A DNA stretch of 63,619 nt, the filler included, from Thraustochytrium aureum (lineage: Eukaryota): NCBI GenBank assembly GCA_012862495.1. It is 4 parts of 4 records of this genome, joined end to end, with 100 filler letters (N's around TTAATTAATTAA, not from the genome) between each part and the next. Parts side by side here need not be neighbours in the genome. Positions count along the whole stretch, not along the records: positions 31,906 to 52,770 come from BLSG01000410.1; 3 more parts are not named here. One strand, given 5' to 3'. The position numbers and the translations under genes are program-made. Positions within the stretch are counted from its first letter, which is position 1. The number at the start of each line of letters is the position of its first letter. Positions 35,501 through 46,228 of this stretch are shown here, one piece after another. Under the pieces are notes generated by a model. It was not told where the DNA came from. It was given only the letters and a program-made list of their open reading frames with translations, and searched no databases.

Positions 35501-37750
35501 GAATGGGTAGCGCCACGCGCACCCCGGGACCGCGCTGCTCGCGCTGAAACTTGCGGATGATCTGGTAGTCCAGGAAAGCATCCAGGAACTTTTGCATCTT
35601 GGTCTTTTTCGAGCTCCGCGCCTCCGTGAAGGCGGGGTGGAACACCTCGCGCTGCGGCTCCGTTTGTCCAACCAAATGCAAGGCCTTGATATTTCGGATA
35701 TAAATCGCAGGGCCGCCGTTTGGGCCACCTGACACCGGGCTCGCAGCCGCGACTTTGCTGCCGTTCTTGCGCCGCACCAACAGAAAGTCGGTGCGGCTCA
35801 CCTTGTGCTCAAAGACAGGCGCCACCCAGAGCTCGTTGCAGAGCGCGGTGCACCGCTCTTTCGGGGAGAGGATGGCGAAGAAGGGCGAGCGGTCGCCAGG
35901 CTCGAGAACCACGGTGCGCCCTCCGCCCGGGAACATTGGAGTGATGAAGCTCTCGTCCGTCGGCTTGTCGGCCTGGTAAAAATTCACCAACAATGATGCC
36001 ATGCCGACGTTGCACATCAGCGGGGGCGCTCCTCCATGTACTCGAACAGGCAGGCAGGCCCGCTCATCGCGCTGAGGTCCGAAACGTTCCACTTGAGGCG
36101 GAACTGCCGCACGCCGCTCTCTGTGGACGCCACAGGCCGCATCACTTGGACTGGCGCAGGCATCTCAACGTGCGGCCTGTGCAGCGCGCGAGCCTCTGCC
36201 GGACGCAGCTCGGGCCGCGGCGTCATCACAGCAAACGCCTTGGGGACGTCCGGGAGCCGCTTGCATCGAAGTCGGTCGCCGACACCCTTGCCCTGCTCGT
36301 TGTTCTGCTGGTTGAGCGCGTCGATGAACCGAAAGTAGTTGTTGGCACGCAGCTTGTTGCGCCGCGCCGCCTTGGTGAGCCGCTTGAGCTTTTTGCGCGA
36401 CACTGTCGTCGCGTCGACCTCCTCGGTCTCCTCCATTACGACGCGCACTTCGGTGCGCCGCACGGCACCAGGCCGAAAATCGTCTCCGTATGCCTTCTCA
36501 ACCTCTTCCCGCATCAAATAGTCCGTGTCGTTCTGGTCCAGAATCAGCGGGGCCCCGTCATCCTCTTCAACGGCCCGGCCTCGAACGAGCACGCCCTCCC
36601 CGTCCCAGACCACTTGAGCGAGCCACTCGGCGGAAGCAAACGTCCGGTTCATTGGTGTAACGAGTCGATCATAGAGAATCACGTCGCTTGCGCTCAGGGT
36701 TGCGCCGCCCGGTCCCGCCCATTCGTCTCCTTTCCATGCGCGCGAGAAGCGAACAGCGACACCCAAGCCCATTTCAGGCATCTCCACGGGTGGCCCTGTC
36801 GCGTCTGCGCTCGAGCCAGATTTTGCGTTGTGATTTGCCGGCGCGGAGGCCGTATTCCAGTCTACGTCCAGATCGTCGTCGTCGTCGTCGTCCGAGTCGT
36901 CATCCGAGTCGCCAGCAGAGCCCTTTGTCTTTCCTTGGACCTGAGTGCTTGTCACTTTCGCGCTGCCCCCAGCTGCGTTAGTGCCAGAGGCAGGCGGCGC
37001 GGGAGGCGTAACCGCCTGCTGCTTGGCCGTCGTCGTTGGCGGGGGCGGGTGCTGGTTCGCCTTTGAATCTGCCGTGACCTGGCTGGCACCTGCATCAGAG
37101 CCAAGGCCATTGAGCTGGGTCTGCGCAGCACCGCTCGTTGGGGCGGTTTCCTTCGCTTCGTTGTCGTCGTCGTCGTCGTCGCCCCATAGGATCGCGTTTT
37201 CCCAGGCCTCCGTTTGGCACAATGTCCCTTGCTGCGCCTCAAGGGGCGCAGCGCTCCCGTGATTTGACACCTTGAGAGGCCATCCGAGGTAGCTCTGGGG
37301 AGGGCTCCCAGGAACGCTAGACTCGCCGTCAGACTCGTCGGAGGAAATCAAGCCGGCCCGCCGGTCGCTGGGCCTCTCTCTGCTTCTCTCGTCGTCGCTC
37401 GCCGCGGAGCCAACGACTAGGAACTCGTCGTCGCTGTCGCTAGCCTCCGCGACAAAGCCGACGGGCAGCTGCTCCGCTTTCGAAGCGAACGCAGTCATAC
37501 CCTCCGCGTTGCACGTAACGTTGCGATTGCGCATGGCCGGCAACTCTTCGACCTCCTCCTCGATCCGGACAACGCGAGCTGGCTGGTTGTGCGACGCCTT
37601 GATTAACGGGTACGCGTGTCCGTCCTCTGGGGGCAAGAGCGTCGAGAACTTGATCATGACCTCGCCCTCGGGCGTCTGCACGAGCACAGGCATCCTACTC
37701 AGCTCCCGCTGGCCGATCTCGCGAATCTCCTCTGGTGAAAACTTGGCCAT
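32532..37750 (-). CDS. TAF1: TFIID subunit TAF1; 1-nt frameshift at 36022-36026, internal gap, start uncertain
   Basis: DUF3591 motifs LFEYMEERP-PLMCNVGMAS, APVFEH..TDFLL, VGQTEP, LQLTPW and LTGLGDPSGRMEAISY; zinc knuckle CSACRLPGHSSSAKRCP; bromodomain YYTRIKRPMHL..NSATFNG. Confidence 0.95.
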
Positions 37751-38114
37751 GCATCCTTTGGGGGGGAGGTCGGTCGCCTTCGATTTGCGCGGCTGCTCAT
37801 GGGTCCCGGTTTTCCTGGCAGCGAGGCGCGATAGCGTCCCACCAGGATGCATCACGGCAACCTCGTGCGAAGCGCGCAAGCGATCAGCTCACTCTGCGGC
37901 CCGGGCTGCCAGTCGGATTCGAGACCTGTGCGTGCCCGTTCGGTTCTGTCCCTCCGCGAGCCTTTCGCCGCGATGCACGGCCTCCCGCGCTGCGCCCTGC
38001 CGCTGTCGTTCGCCGTCAAGCTTGGCGACTCGTACAACCAAAAGCCGCACGCCGCGAGCAGCACCCTGGACTCCAAGCCGTGCTTCCTACTGCCGCACGC
38101 ACGCGCCGCCCTCG

Positions 38115-38480
38115 CGCCTGGCGGTCCCTGCGAGCCACCAGCCAGCCGCAGCCCACAAGACGCAGCGCCTGGGTGCTAGGTGACCCCGCGAGCCACGAGC
38201 CGCAGCCCACTCTAGAGACGCCTGGCAGGCCACGAGCCGCAGCCCACTCTAGAGACGCCTGGACGCCTGGCGGTCCCCGCGAGCCGATAGCCGCAGCCCA
38301 CTGACCGCGCGCAGCGCCTGTCCCGTGTCTCGGGAGCCAAAAGCCGCCCGCAGCCCGCTCTCTAGCTAGAGCTAGAACACCAGCGACGCCTGGCGGTCCG
38401 CAGCGCAGCGCAGCCCACTCGACGCCTGGCGGCCCCCGCGAGCCGATAGCCGCAGCCCACTGACCGCGCGCAGCGCCTGC
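38115..38480. repeat. Complex GC-rich minisatellite
   Basis: Core agccgcagcccac recurs several times. ccacgagccgcagcccactctagagacgcctgg occurs twice (38193, 38229), and a ~58-bp unit occurs twice (38262, 38421). Confidence 0.85.
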
Positions 38481-38645
38481 GCCGTGTTCCGGGACTGACT
38501 GCCGCGCTCGCCGCCGCCTCCTCGTCCTCGTCCTCGAAGGGCATCCAGCACTTGCTGATTGGAGGAACTTTTGCGGTTCTCTGCTGCATTCGCTCGAAGA
38601 ACTGCTGCATGACAAGTACTCCCAGAGTATCCTGATGGCTTTGCG

Positions 38646-39036
38646 CGAGGCCGATGGTCGCGGTCGTGGAGCTCAGCCCATTCCTGCTGCGGATGCCGCT
38701 GCAGTGGCCATTGATGGAGATTGTGACTCGAGGGCTCTGCTTGTTCAGATATTGTGGAGGTATACGAGGTCGATGGTCGAGGTCGATGGTCGAGGCCGAT
38801 GGTCGAGGCCGATGGTCGAGGCCGATGGTCGCGGTCGTGGAGCTCAGGCCATTCCTGCTGCGGATGCCGCTGCAGTGGCCATTGATGGAGATTGTGTCTC
38901 AAGAGCTTTGCTTGGAGGAACGTTTTGTGCGAACGAATAGGTTGTGCTTTTTTGGTCTCAAGGGCGATGGTCGCGGTCGTGGAGCTCAGCCCGTCGCTGC
39001 TGCGGATGCCGCTGCGGCGGCCATCGATAGAGATTG
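38646..39036. repeat. Three ~75-bp direct repeats with an internal 13-bp tandem array
   Basis: gatggtcgcggtcgtggagctcag..ctgctgcggatgccgctgc..gagattg at about 38646, 38817 and 38965; cgaggYcgatggt x5 at 38765-38829. Confidence 0.9.
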
Positions 39037-39161
39037 CGCGCCAAGCGCTCGTCAAGGTCCTGGTGCGCGTGCTAGCTGATTGGGCTTTGCGAGTTGTGGG
39101 CCATGGGACGGAGAACGGTGTCGTGACGCACGGGCACGCGGCGCCGTTTGGCTGGGTGGGT

Positions 39162-40921
39162 TTACTTGCTCTCGCTCGAGAGTAGTGGTGCTAAAGANNN
39201 NNNNNNNNNNNNNNNNNNNNNNNNNNNNNNNNNNNNNNNNNNNNNNNNNNNNNNNNNNNNNNNNNNNNNNNNNNNNNNNNNNNNNNNNNNNNNNNNNNNN
39301 NNNNNNNNNNNNNNNNNNNNNNNNNNNNNNNNNNNNNNNNNNNNNNNNNNNNNNNNNNNNNNNNNNNNNNNNNNNNNNNNNNNNNNNNNNNNNNNNNNNN
39401 NNNNNNNNNNNNNNNNNNNNNNNNNNNNNNNNNNNNNNNNNNNNNNNNNNNNNNNNNNNNNNNNNNNNNNNNNNNNNNNNNNNNNNNNNNNNNNNNNNNN
39501 NNNNNNNNNNNNNNNNNNNNNNNNNNNNNNNNNNNNNNNNNNNNNNNNNNNNNNNNNNNNNNNNNNNNNNNNNNNNNNNNNNNNNNNNNNNNNNNNNNNN
39601 NNNNNNNNNNNNNNNNNNNNNNNNNNNNNNNNNNNNNNNNNNNNNNNNNNNNNNNNNNNNNNNNNNNNNNNNNNNNNNNNNNNNNNNNAAAATGCTGCCG
39701 TGCTGGCCAAGGCCGTTGATGAATCGCGACCGCCAGCGAAGAAACGATTTGACGGTACGAGGGGCCCTCCCTTTGGGTGAACGCCGAGTCAAGCGTCTCG
39801 TAAGAGCCAACGTTGACAGTCGTGTGGTCTCCGCCGTGCGCGACGGCACGCGAAAACAAGCTCGAGAAGGGACTGGAGTCAAAGACCGCGGAGGCAAACG
39901 TGGCTTGGTGGGTGCCTCCCTCGCCCCACGGCATCCACGACTCTGGGTCTGCTGCTGCGTCCAGCAGCGCCGCTTCCGCCATCGCGGCACACGACGAGCG
40001 GTTTGCGCCAGGAACGCACGGCGGGCCAACCTCACCTGGCACCAGCGCAGCCCCAAAGGCCTTTCGAACGAAAATGACCTCGTTCCAGGACGGATGCGCC
40101 GTCTCATTCTGAGCAGCGCGAAGCAGCCGCGCCGACCACGAGTTGAAGAGCGTTGTCGCGACCGACCCAGGCGCCATGCGTGGCCCCGGCCACTGGTTCA
40201 AAAGCAGCTCGCAGGCGCGGTTGCCCTCCACCGAGGCCTTGACGGACGCGCGCTGGCAGACCATGTGAAGCACAAGGAGCATGTCCTTCGCGAACGGGCT
40301 CGACACGTCCTGCTGGATCATGGCCAAGCTCTCGACGGTGTGACCCACTTGCGCCTCAACGAGCTCGGTGATGCGCTGTGCGCGGTATCCGTCCCCAGAG
40401 TCCCAGTCGCACGAGGCCACGAGCCAAAAGCAGTCTGGCTGGGGCTGGTTGTTGGCGCTCACAATGTACCCTTTGGCGGGATTCCGCACGGAAACGAGGT
40501 CGTCGAACGGGATGTACTTGCCGGTCCAATCGAAAGTGCCATTCCCCGGAACGGGAAACAGACCGGTGTGTCCCGGAACCCGCAGAGGAACGCGCCCCGT
40601 GAACTGATACCCGATATCCCCATCCCCGCTTGCAAATACAAAGTTTTGTCCTGGAACGACATAGTTGCTCAACGCACTTCGAAACGAGTTCCATCCGGTG
40701 GCTCGTGAGAGCCGCAAGAAGGCCACAAAAGTCGTGTCCACCAGCTCGTCCGACAGGTCGGTCCACTTTAGCGCGAGAGTGTGGGCGCCAAGGTCGGCCT
40801 TTGGGTCGCCCAGAATGGTCTTGATGACGCCGCTCGAGAGGATCGGCCCGTAGTGCGGCGCCTCGACAACCTTGAACGGCTCGGGCTCGGCCCGTCCCGC
40901 AACCGTTATGGGCTCGTCGCG
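39162..40921 (-). CDS. Penicillin acylase / AHL acylase family protein (peptidase S45, Ntn-hydrolase), C-terminal half; 5' part not visible
   Basis: Beta-subunit motifs HYGPI, LALKWT, PGQNFVFASGDGDIGYQFTGRVPLR, PVPG..DW, NPAKGYIVSANN, YRAQRITELV, MIQQD, WGE..H and GPSYRQIV. After a frameshift near 39745 the frame continues SRFINGLGQHG (GQSG-like). The stop at 39162 lies across a gap and is inferred. Confidence 0.88.
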
Positions 40922-41618
40922 NNNNNNNNNNNNNNNNNNNNNNNNNNNNNNNNNNNNNNNNNNNNNNNNNNNNNNNNNNNNNNNNNNNNNNNNNNNNNNN
41001 NNNNNNNNNNNNNNNNNNNNNNNNNNNNNNNNNNNNNNNNNNNNNNNNNNNNNNNNNNNNNNNNNNNNNNNNNNNNNNNNNNNNNNNNNNNNNNNNNNNN
41101 NNNNNNNNNNNNNNNNNNNNNNNNNNNNNNNNNNNNNNNNNNNNNNNNNNNNNNNNNNNNNNNNNNNNNNNNNNNNNNNNNNNNNNNNNNNNNNNNNNNN
41201 NNNNNNNNNNNNNNNNNNNNNNNNNNNNNNNNNNNNNNNNNNNNNNNNNNNNNNNNNNNNNNNNNNNNNNNNNNNNNNNNNNNNNNNNNNNNNNNNNNNN
41301 NNNNNNNNNNNNNNNNNNNNNNNNNNNNNNNNNNNNNNNNNNNNNNNNNNNNNNNNNNNNNNNNNNNNNNNNNNNNNNNNNNNNNNNNNNNNNNNNNNNN
41401 NNNNNNNNNNNNNNNNNNNNNNNNNNNNNNNNNNNNNNNNNNNNNNNNNNNNNNNNNNNNNNNNNNNNNNNNNNNNNNNNNNNNNNNNNNNNNNNNNNNN
41501 NNNNNNNNNNNNNNNNNNNNNNNNNNNNNNNNNNNNNNNNNNNNNNNNNNNNNNNNNNNNNNGCGCGCAGCAGCAGCTTGCCTCGGGGAGCTGAGCTGGG
41601 GCCTGGGCGCGTTGCGAC

Positions 41619-44276
41619 ATGAGTTGCGGTGGGCCTCGAGGCCGTCCGCGCGACGAGGAGACGTACGCGGAGTTCACCAAGGTGCCCATACCAAGAAGGG
41701 TGGGCAAGTCCCCCCAAGGCCAGTGCAACAACTGCTCCAAGCTGGTCACGTATGCCGTAGCTCGCTTGCAGACGCATCTTTCCAAGTGCGAAAGCTTTCG
41801 CGCCAGGGTTGGGGCCGCCAACCACGCGCGCTACCTCTACCACCGCAGCCGCATGAGCTCAGAGAAGTACGCTCACACGCTCGAGCTTTTGTCTGGCCGC
41901 GCAAGCGGCAGACCGGACGTGCCGTTTGCGGCGGCGCCCTCAGACGCCAGCCAAGTGGATATTTCTGCCGGGCGATCGGCGCATGCGAGCCAGGCAAAGA
42001 GGGCTCGCTTGGTGCGCGGCTCCGACGCAGAAGCGGTCCAACTGGCAGACAGCAGCGAGGACGACGACATGAACGCAATTTCTGGTTTGCCCTCCAGGGT
42101 GGGAGCGCGCCAGGCGCCAGCGTCCTCGACGCACTCGCAGGTCCGTGCGCGAGCGAACGAGCCTCGGCGCTCCCGGCCCACGGCCGTGGACGTGGGCGCC
42201 GCCGTTGACCGGCTCCCGGCTGCGGAGAAGGCCGAGATCGACTACGCCTTCGCGCAAGCGATTCACCTTGATGGTTTGGCATTCGATGCACTCAGCACAC
42301 CAGCGATGCAAAAAGCTTTTGGTCTGCTTTACCCGGCGTTCAGTCGCGAAGGCTTGCCATCCCGAGAGGCAATCGCTGGGCCGCTTCTTGAGCGCCACTT
42401 CCACGACGTGGACCAGTCTGTTCGCATTGCTCTTGTCTCGAACGATTCGTGCGGGATTACCTCGGACGGACGGTCCGGCCAACGCTCAGATGGCCTTCAC
42501 AACCTGATGGTTTGCTTTCCCCTCCCGTTCCTTTTTGCCAGCGAGCGCCAGCCTTTTTCTCGCGAGGACAAGACGTCCATTTATCAGCAATTGAAAGCCA
42601 TGGTCCACAAGGTGCGCACCATCTACGAGGGCATGGAGAAGACGCCGCCCAAGCTCATCGGAGTCTGCACAGACTCATCGAACGCGAACAGAGGGGCTCG
42701 TCTGCTGCTCGATGAGGACGAGGAGATGACGAGCATGGGCGTTCTCACTTACGGTTGCGCGTGCCATGCCTTCAACAGACTTGGCAACGACCTCCAAAAG
42801 ATCGGCAACATCTCCGGCATTCTCAAGAAAGCCAAGGCCGTCGCGCAGGTGTTTCGCGATGTGAGAATTGCTCGCTTTCACCTCGCACAGTACCAAAGGA
42901 AGGCTAATGCGCCGGTGAGCAAGATCAAGGTGCCAGTCGACACCGGCTGGCACAACACGCTCACAACGCTGGAAAGCTTGCAGGCTGCCAAGGGTGCGTT
43001 GCTGGCCATCTACACCGACTTTCACTTCGGGCGACTTTCGCCCCCACTGGCTCAAGCTAGAGATGCGGCAACACAGGCTGGCGAGCATGAGAGCGCTCTA
43101 GAAGCTGCCTCCATTCTTGGAGACCCGTCCTTCTGGACGCAGCTTGACGCCGTCATTGAATTCCTCAGGCCAGTCGCGTTGTGCGTCCGTGTGTTGGAGT
43201 CGGACATGGCCCCGGTTTCGATGATCTCGGTGGCCTTCATCTACCTTTTACGGCGCTACAAGGCGATTGGGGAGCTTCTCGAGAGCCGGGACAGTGCGGT
43301 CGACAGTATGGTGAACAGCCTCGGCCTAGACACTTCGCATTTCTCAGACGTCTTGCCCAACCTGGTCCGACAGCGCTGGCGCGAGATTACTCGGCACAGC
43401 AAAAACGAAGGACCCCACGGTCGCGCCGCGGGAGTGCTGCAGCTCGCTCTTTTCCTCGACCCAGTTTGCAGTGAGCTTGTGATGCAGTGCACGAACGATG
43501 GCATTGCGCTTGACGCCGATCGGTCCGTTGTGGATGCCATCGACGCTGGCTTGGAGACAATGTCCAGCTTTGCCGGATTTCTGGAGCAGGACAAGTTTGA
43601 AGCCAAGACTGCGTTGCTGCGACTCCGTTACGAAATCGCCACGCGTGTTGAGACCAATCCGAGTGGTTCGCGAGCAGAGCCGAATTTTAGCCCCGAACGC
43701 CTCCCTCATCCCGCTGTCTTCTACACGTGGAGTGGAGCCGCGTTGAGACCCATCGCAAGACTTATCTTTCGCTTGCCGCCGTCGGCCGCAGGGGGCGAAC
43801 GCTCCTTCAAGGCCATGGGCCACAACCATACAACGATGCGCTGCCGCCTCGGAGCCCCTACACTGCGAAGGCTTGAGAGGATCAAGCTAAACAGTGCCCA
43901 GTATGAACGCACGAGAGACATCATGCTTTACCTGCGTGAGGAGGGCGACATTCTGCACTTTTTCAACGCAATCGAGCCTTCGCCGCCCCTTGCGCCACGG
44001 GATCGCGGACTGCAGGCCGGTCTGCGGCACGCATGCCGCAAGCCCTTTGGCGATGGGTCGTGCTTGCCCAGTGACGACCGTGGCGGTGGTGACGGCGGCG
44101 GCGGCGGCGGCGACGACGACGATGACAACGATGACGACGAGGCCGACGGGCTCTGCAGGGCGGAGATAGCTGTTAACAACGACAGCGAGGAGGAGAGCGA
44201 AGGCCTGGAGGACCGGCAAAGCCAACGTCAATCGCCTGCTGGGGCAGCCCAGCCTGTGGGACCCTCGCCACATTGA
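41619..44276 (+). mobile_element. hAT-superfamily DNA transposon transposase (BED-like finger, DUF659, hAT dimerisation domain), 885 aa
   Basis: CNNC..LQTHLSKC finger; ITSDG (D1), VCTDSSN (D2), CACHAFN (CxxH), PVDTGW, FW..L..LRPV..LESD, ALFLDP and PPSAAGGERSF (catalytic E). TIRs were not identified; the left end is probably in the gap. Confidence 0.92.
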
Positions 44277-46228
44277 CACAACGCGCGCTTTCTCTTTTGT
44301 GACTTCGTTTCGTGCTGGGTGCTCCCTCAAATGCCAGACAGCCCACAATCAGTTCTTAATTAAAACAGCGTCGAATTTCTTGTCCGTCTTGCTTTATTTG
44401 GGCGAGTTGGATTCGGTGCAGGCTTCCCGCGTCCATGGGGCTGGTTGGTGCCCTCTCCGGCGCAAATCCTCCGTCGGTCGGGGCTGCTTCATCGTTCAAG
44501 TTTTTGGAATTGCGAGCTGGGAACAAACTGCTCGATGAATACCGAGCGCAGGATCCCGTCCCTGCCACCCAATGCCTCACCCGCGCGGGGAGGTTGGCCG
44601 CGCCACGGCGATTTGCGAAGTATTGTGGAAAAAAATGTACGCAGCGAGAGTGTCGCTCTCCGGCAAGTCCGTCCTAGCCTTCGAGATCGAGGCTACTGGT
44701 GGCTGGGGCAGGCAGGCTTGGTCTGGTTATCTTGGCTGTTCCGCCAAGAGATTGCTTGGTGCAGCTCTTGCGAACCACGAATGGTCATCAACAAGTTTGT
44801 CACGTGCCGAGATCAGAAGGCCATTACATACTCGTCAGGCTTTTCGCCATCTTGAGCCTTTTGGTAGTCGGCCCGGTACCTGCGGGACTGGTCGGGAGGC
44901 GCTCTTAGCACGCCGAGTCCGTCTCGCGCAGAGATGCCCCGTGTCTCAACGAGTTAGCTCTAGCTCCAGAGACAGAGTCTTCTTGACAGTTAGAAATAGT
45001 GCCGCCCATCCGACGTTTGCCACCCGTGCATGATCCATTGGGGATTTGCAATGAATCGCCAAGCTCGCACATTTCAGCGCGTCATCGCAAGCACGACACG
45101 ATTTGGTCCCGCCCTCCACCGGCCAACCAACCGGCCCACCTGCATGCCAAGGGCAAGAACGCAACGCATCACCACGACCCCCACGACCCCACGACCACGC
45201 CTTCGTCCCGAGCATCCATCCACCTCGGCGCGCCCCACGGCCCATCGCGCGAGAGCCATCGAGTCATTTCCCAGCCGAAGAATCCGCAGCTTCAGCAGCA
45301 CCAAACCGCAAGAGCAAACGCCGACCAAGGCCAAAACCGATCAAACCTCGATCGACCAACCCATCCATGCATCCATGCATCCANNNNNNNNNNNNNNNNN
45401 NNNNNNNNNNNNNNNNNNNNNNNNNNNNNNNNNNNNNNNNNNNNNNNNNNNNNNNNNNNNNNNNNNNNNNNNNNNNNNNNNNNNNNNNNNNNNNNNNNNN
45501 NNNNNNNNNNNNNNNNNNNNNNNNNNNNNNNNNNNNNNNNNNNNNNNNNNNNNNNNNNNNNNNNNNNNNNNNNNNNNNNNNNNNNNNNNNNNNNNNNNNN
45601 NNNNNNNNNNNNNNNNNNNNNNNNNNNNNNNNNNNNNNNNNNNNNNNNNNNNNNNNNNNNNNNNNNNNNNNNNNNNNNNNNNNNNNNNNNNNNNNNNNNN
45701 NNNNNNNNNNNNNNNNNNNNNNNNNNNNNNNNNNNNNNNNNNNNNNNNNNNNNNNNNNNNNNNNNNNNNNNNNNNNNNNNNNNNNNNNNNNNNNNNNNNN
45801 NNNNNNNNNNNNNNNNNNNNNNNNNNNNNNNNNNNNNNNNNNNNNNNNNNNNNNNNNNNNNNNNNNNNNNNNNNNNNNNNNNNNNNNNNNNNNNNNNNNN
45901 NNNNNNNNNNNNNNNNNNNNNNNNNNNNNNNNNNNNNNNNNNNNNNNNNNNNNNNNNNNNNNNNNNNNNNNNNNNNNNNNNNNNNNNNNNNNNNNNNNNN
46001 NNNNNNNNNNNNNNNNNNNNNNNNNNNNNNNNNNNNNNNNNNNNNNNNNNNNNNNNNNNNNNNNNNNNNNNNNNNNNNNNNNNNNNNNNNNNNNNNNNNN
46101 NNNNNNNNNNNNNNNNNNNNNNNNNNNNNNNNNNNNNNNNNNNNNNNNNNNNNNNNNNNNNNNNNNNNNNNNNNNNNNNNNNNNNNNNNNNNNNNNNNNN
46201 NNNNNNNNNNNNNNNNNNNNNNNNNNNN

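Noticed and set aside
38646..39036. CRISPR-like repeat-spacer array
   Set aside because: The repeats are about 75 bp with only three copies, the spacers are unequal and partly repeat-derived, there are no cas genes, and the context is eukaryotic.
39191..41821. 876-aa ORF apparently fusing the acylase to sequence antisense to the transposase
   Set aside because: This is an artefact of reading through N gaps. The same applies to the other X-filled ORFs.
44277..45383. hAT right TIR or the 5' half of the acylase
   Set aside because: No acylase motifs were recognised on the minus strand, and a TIR cannot be defined without the left end.
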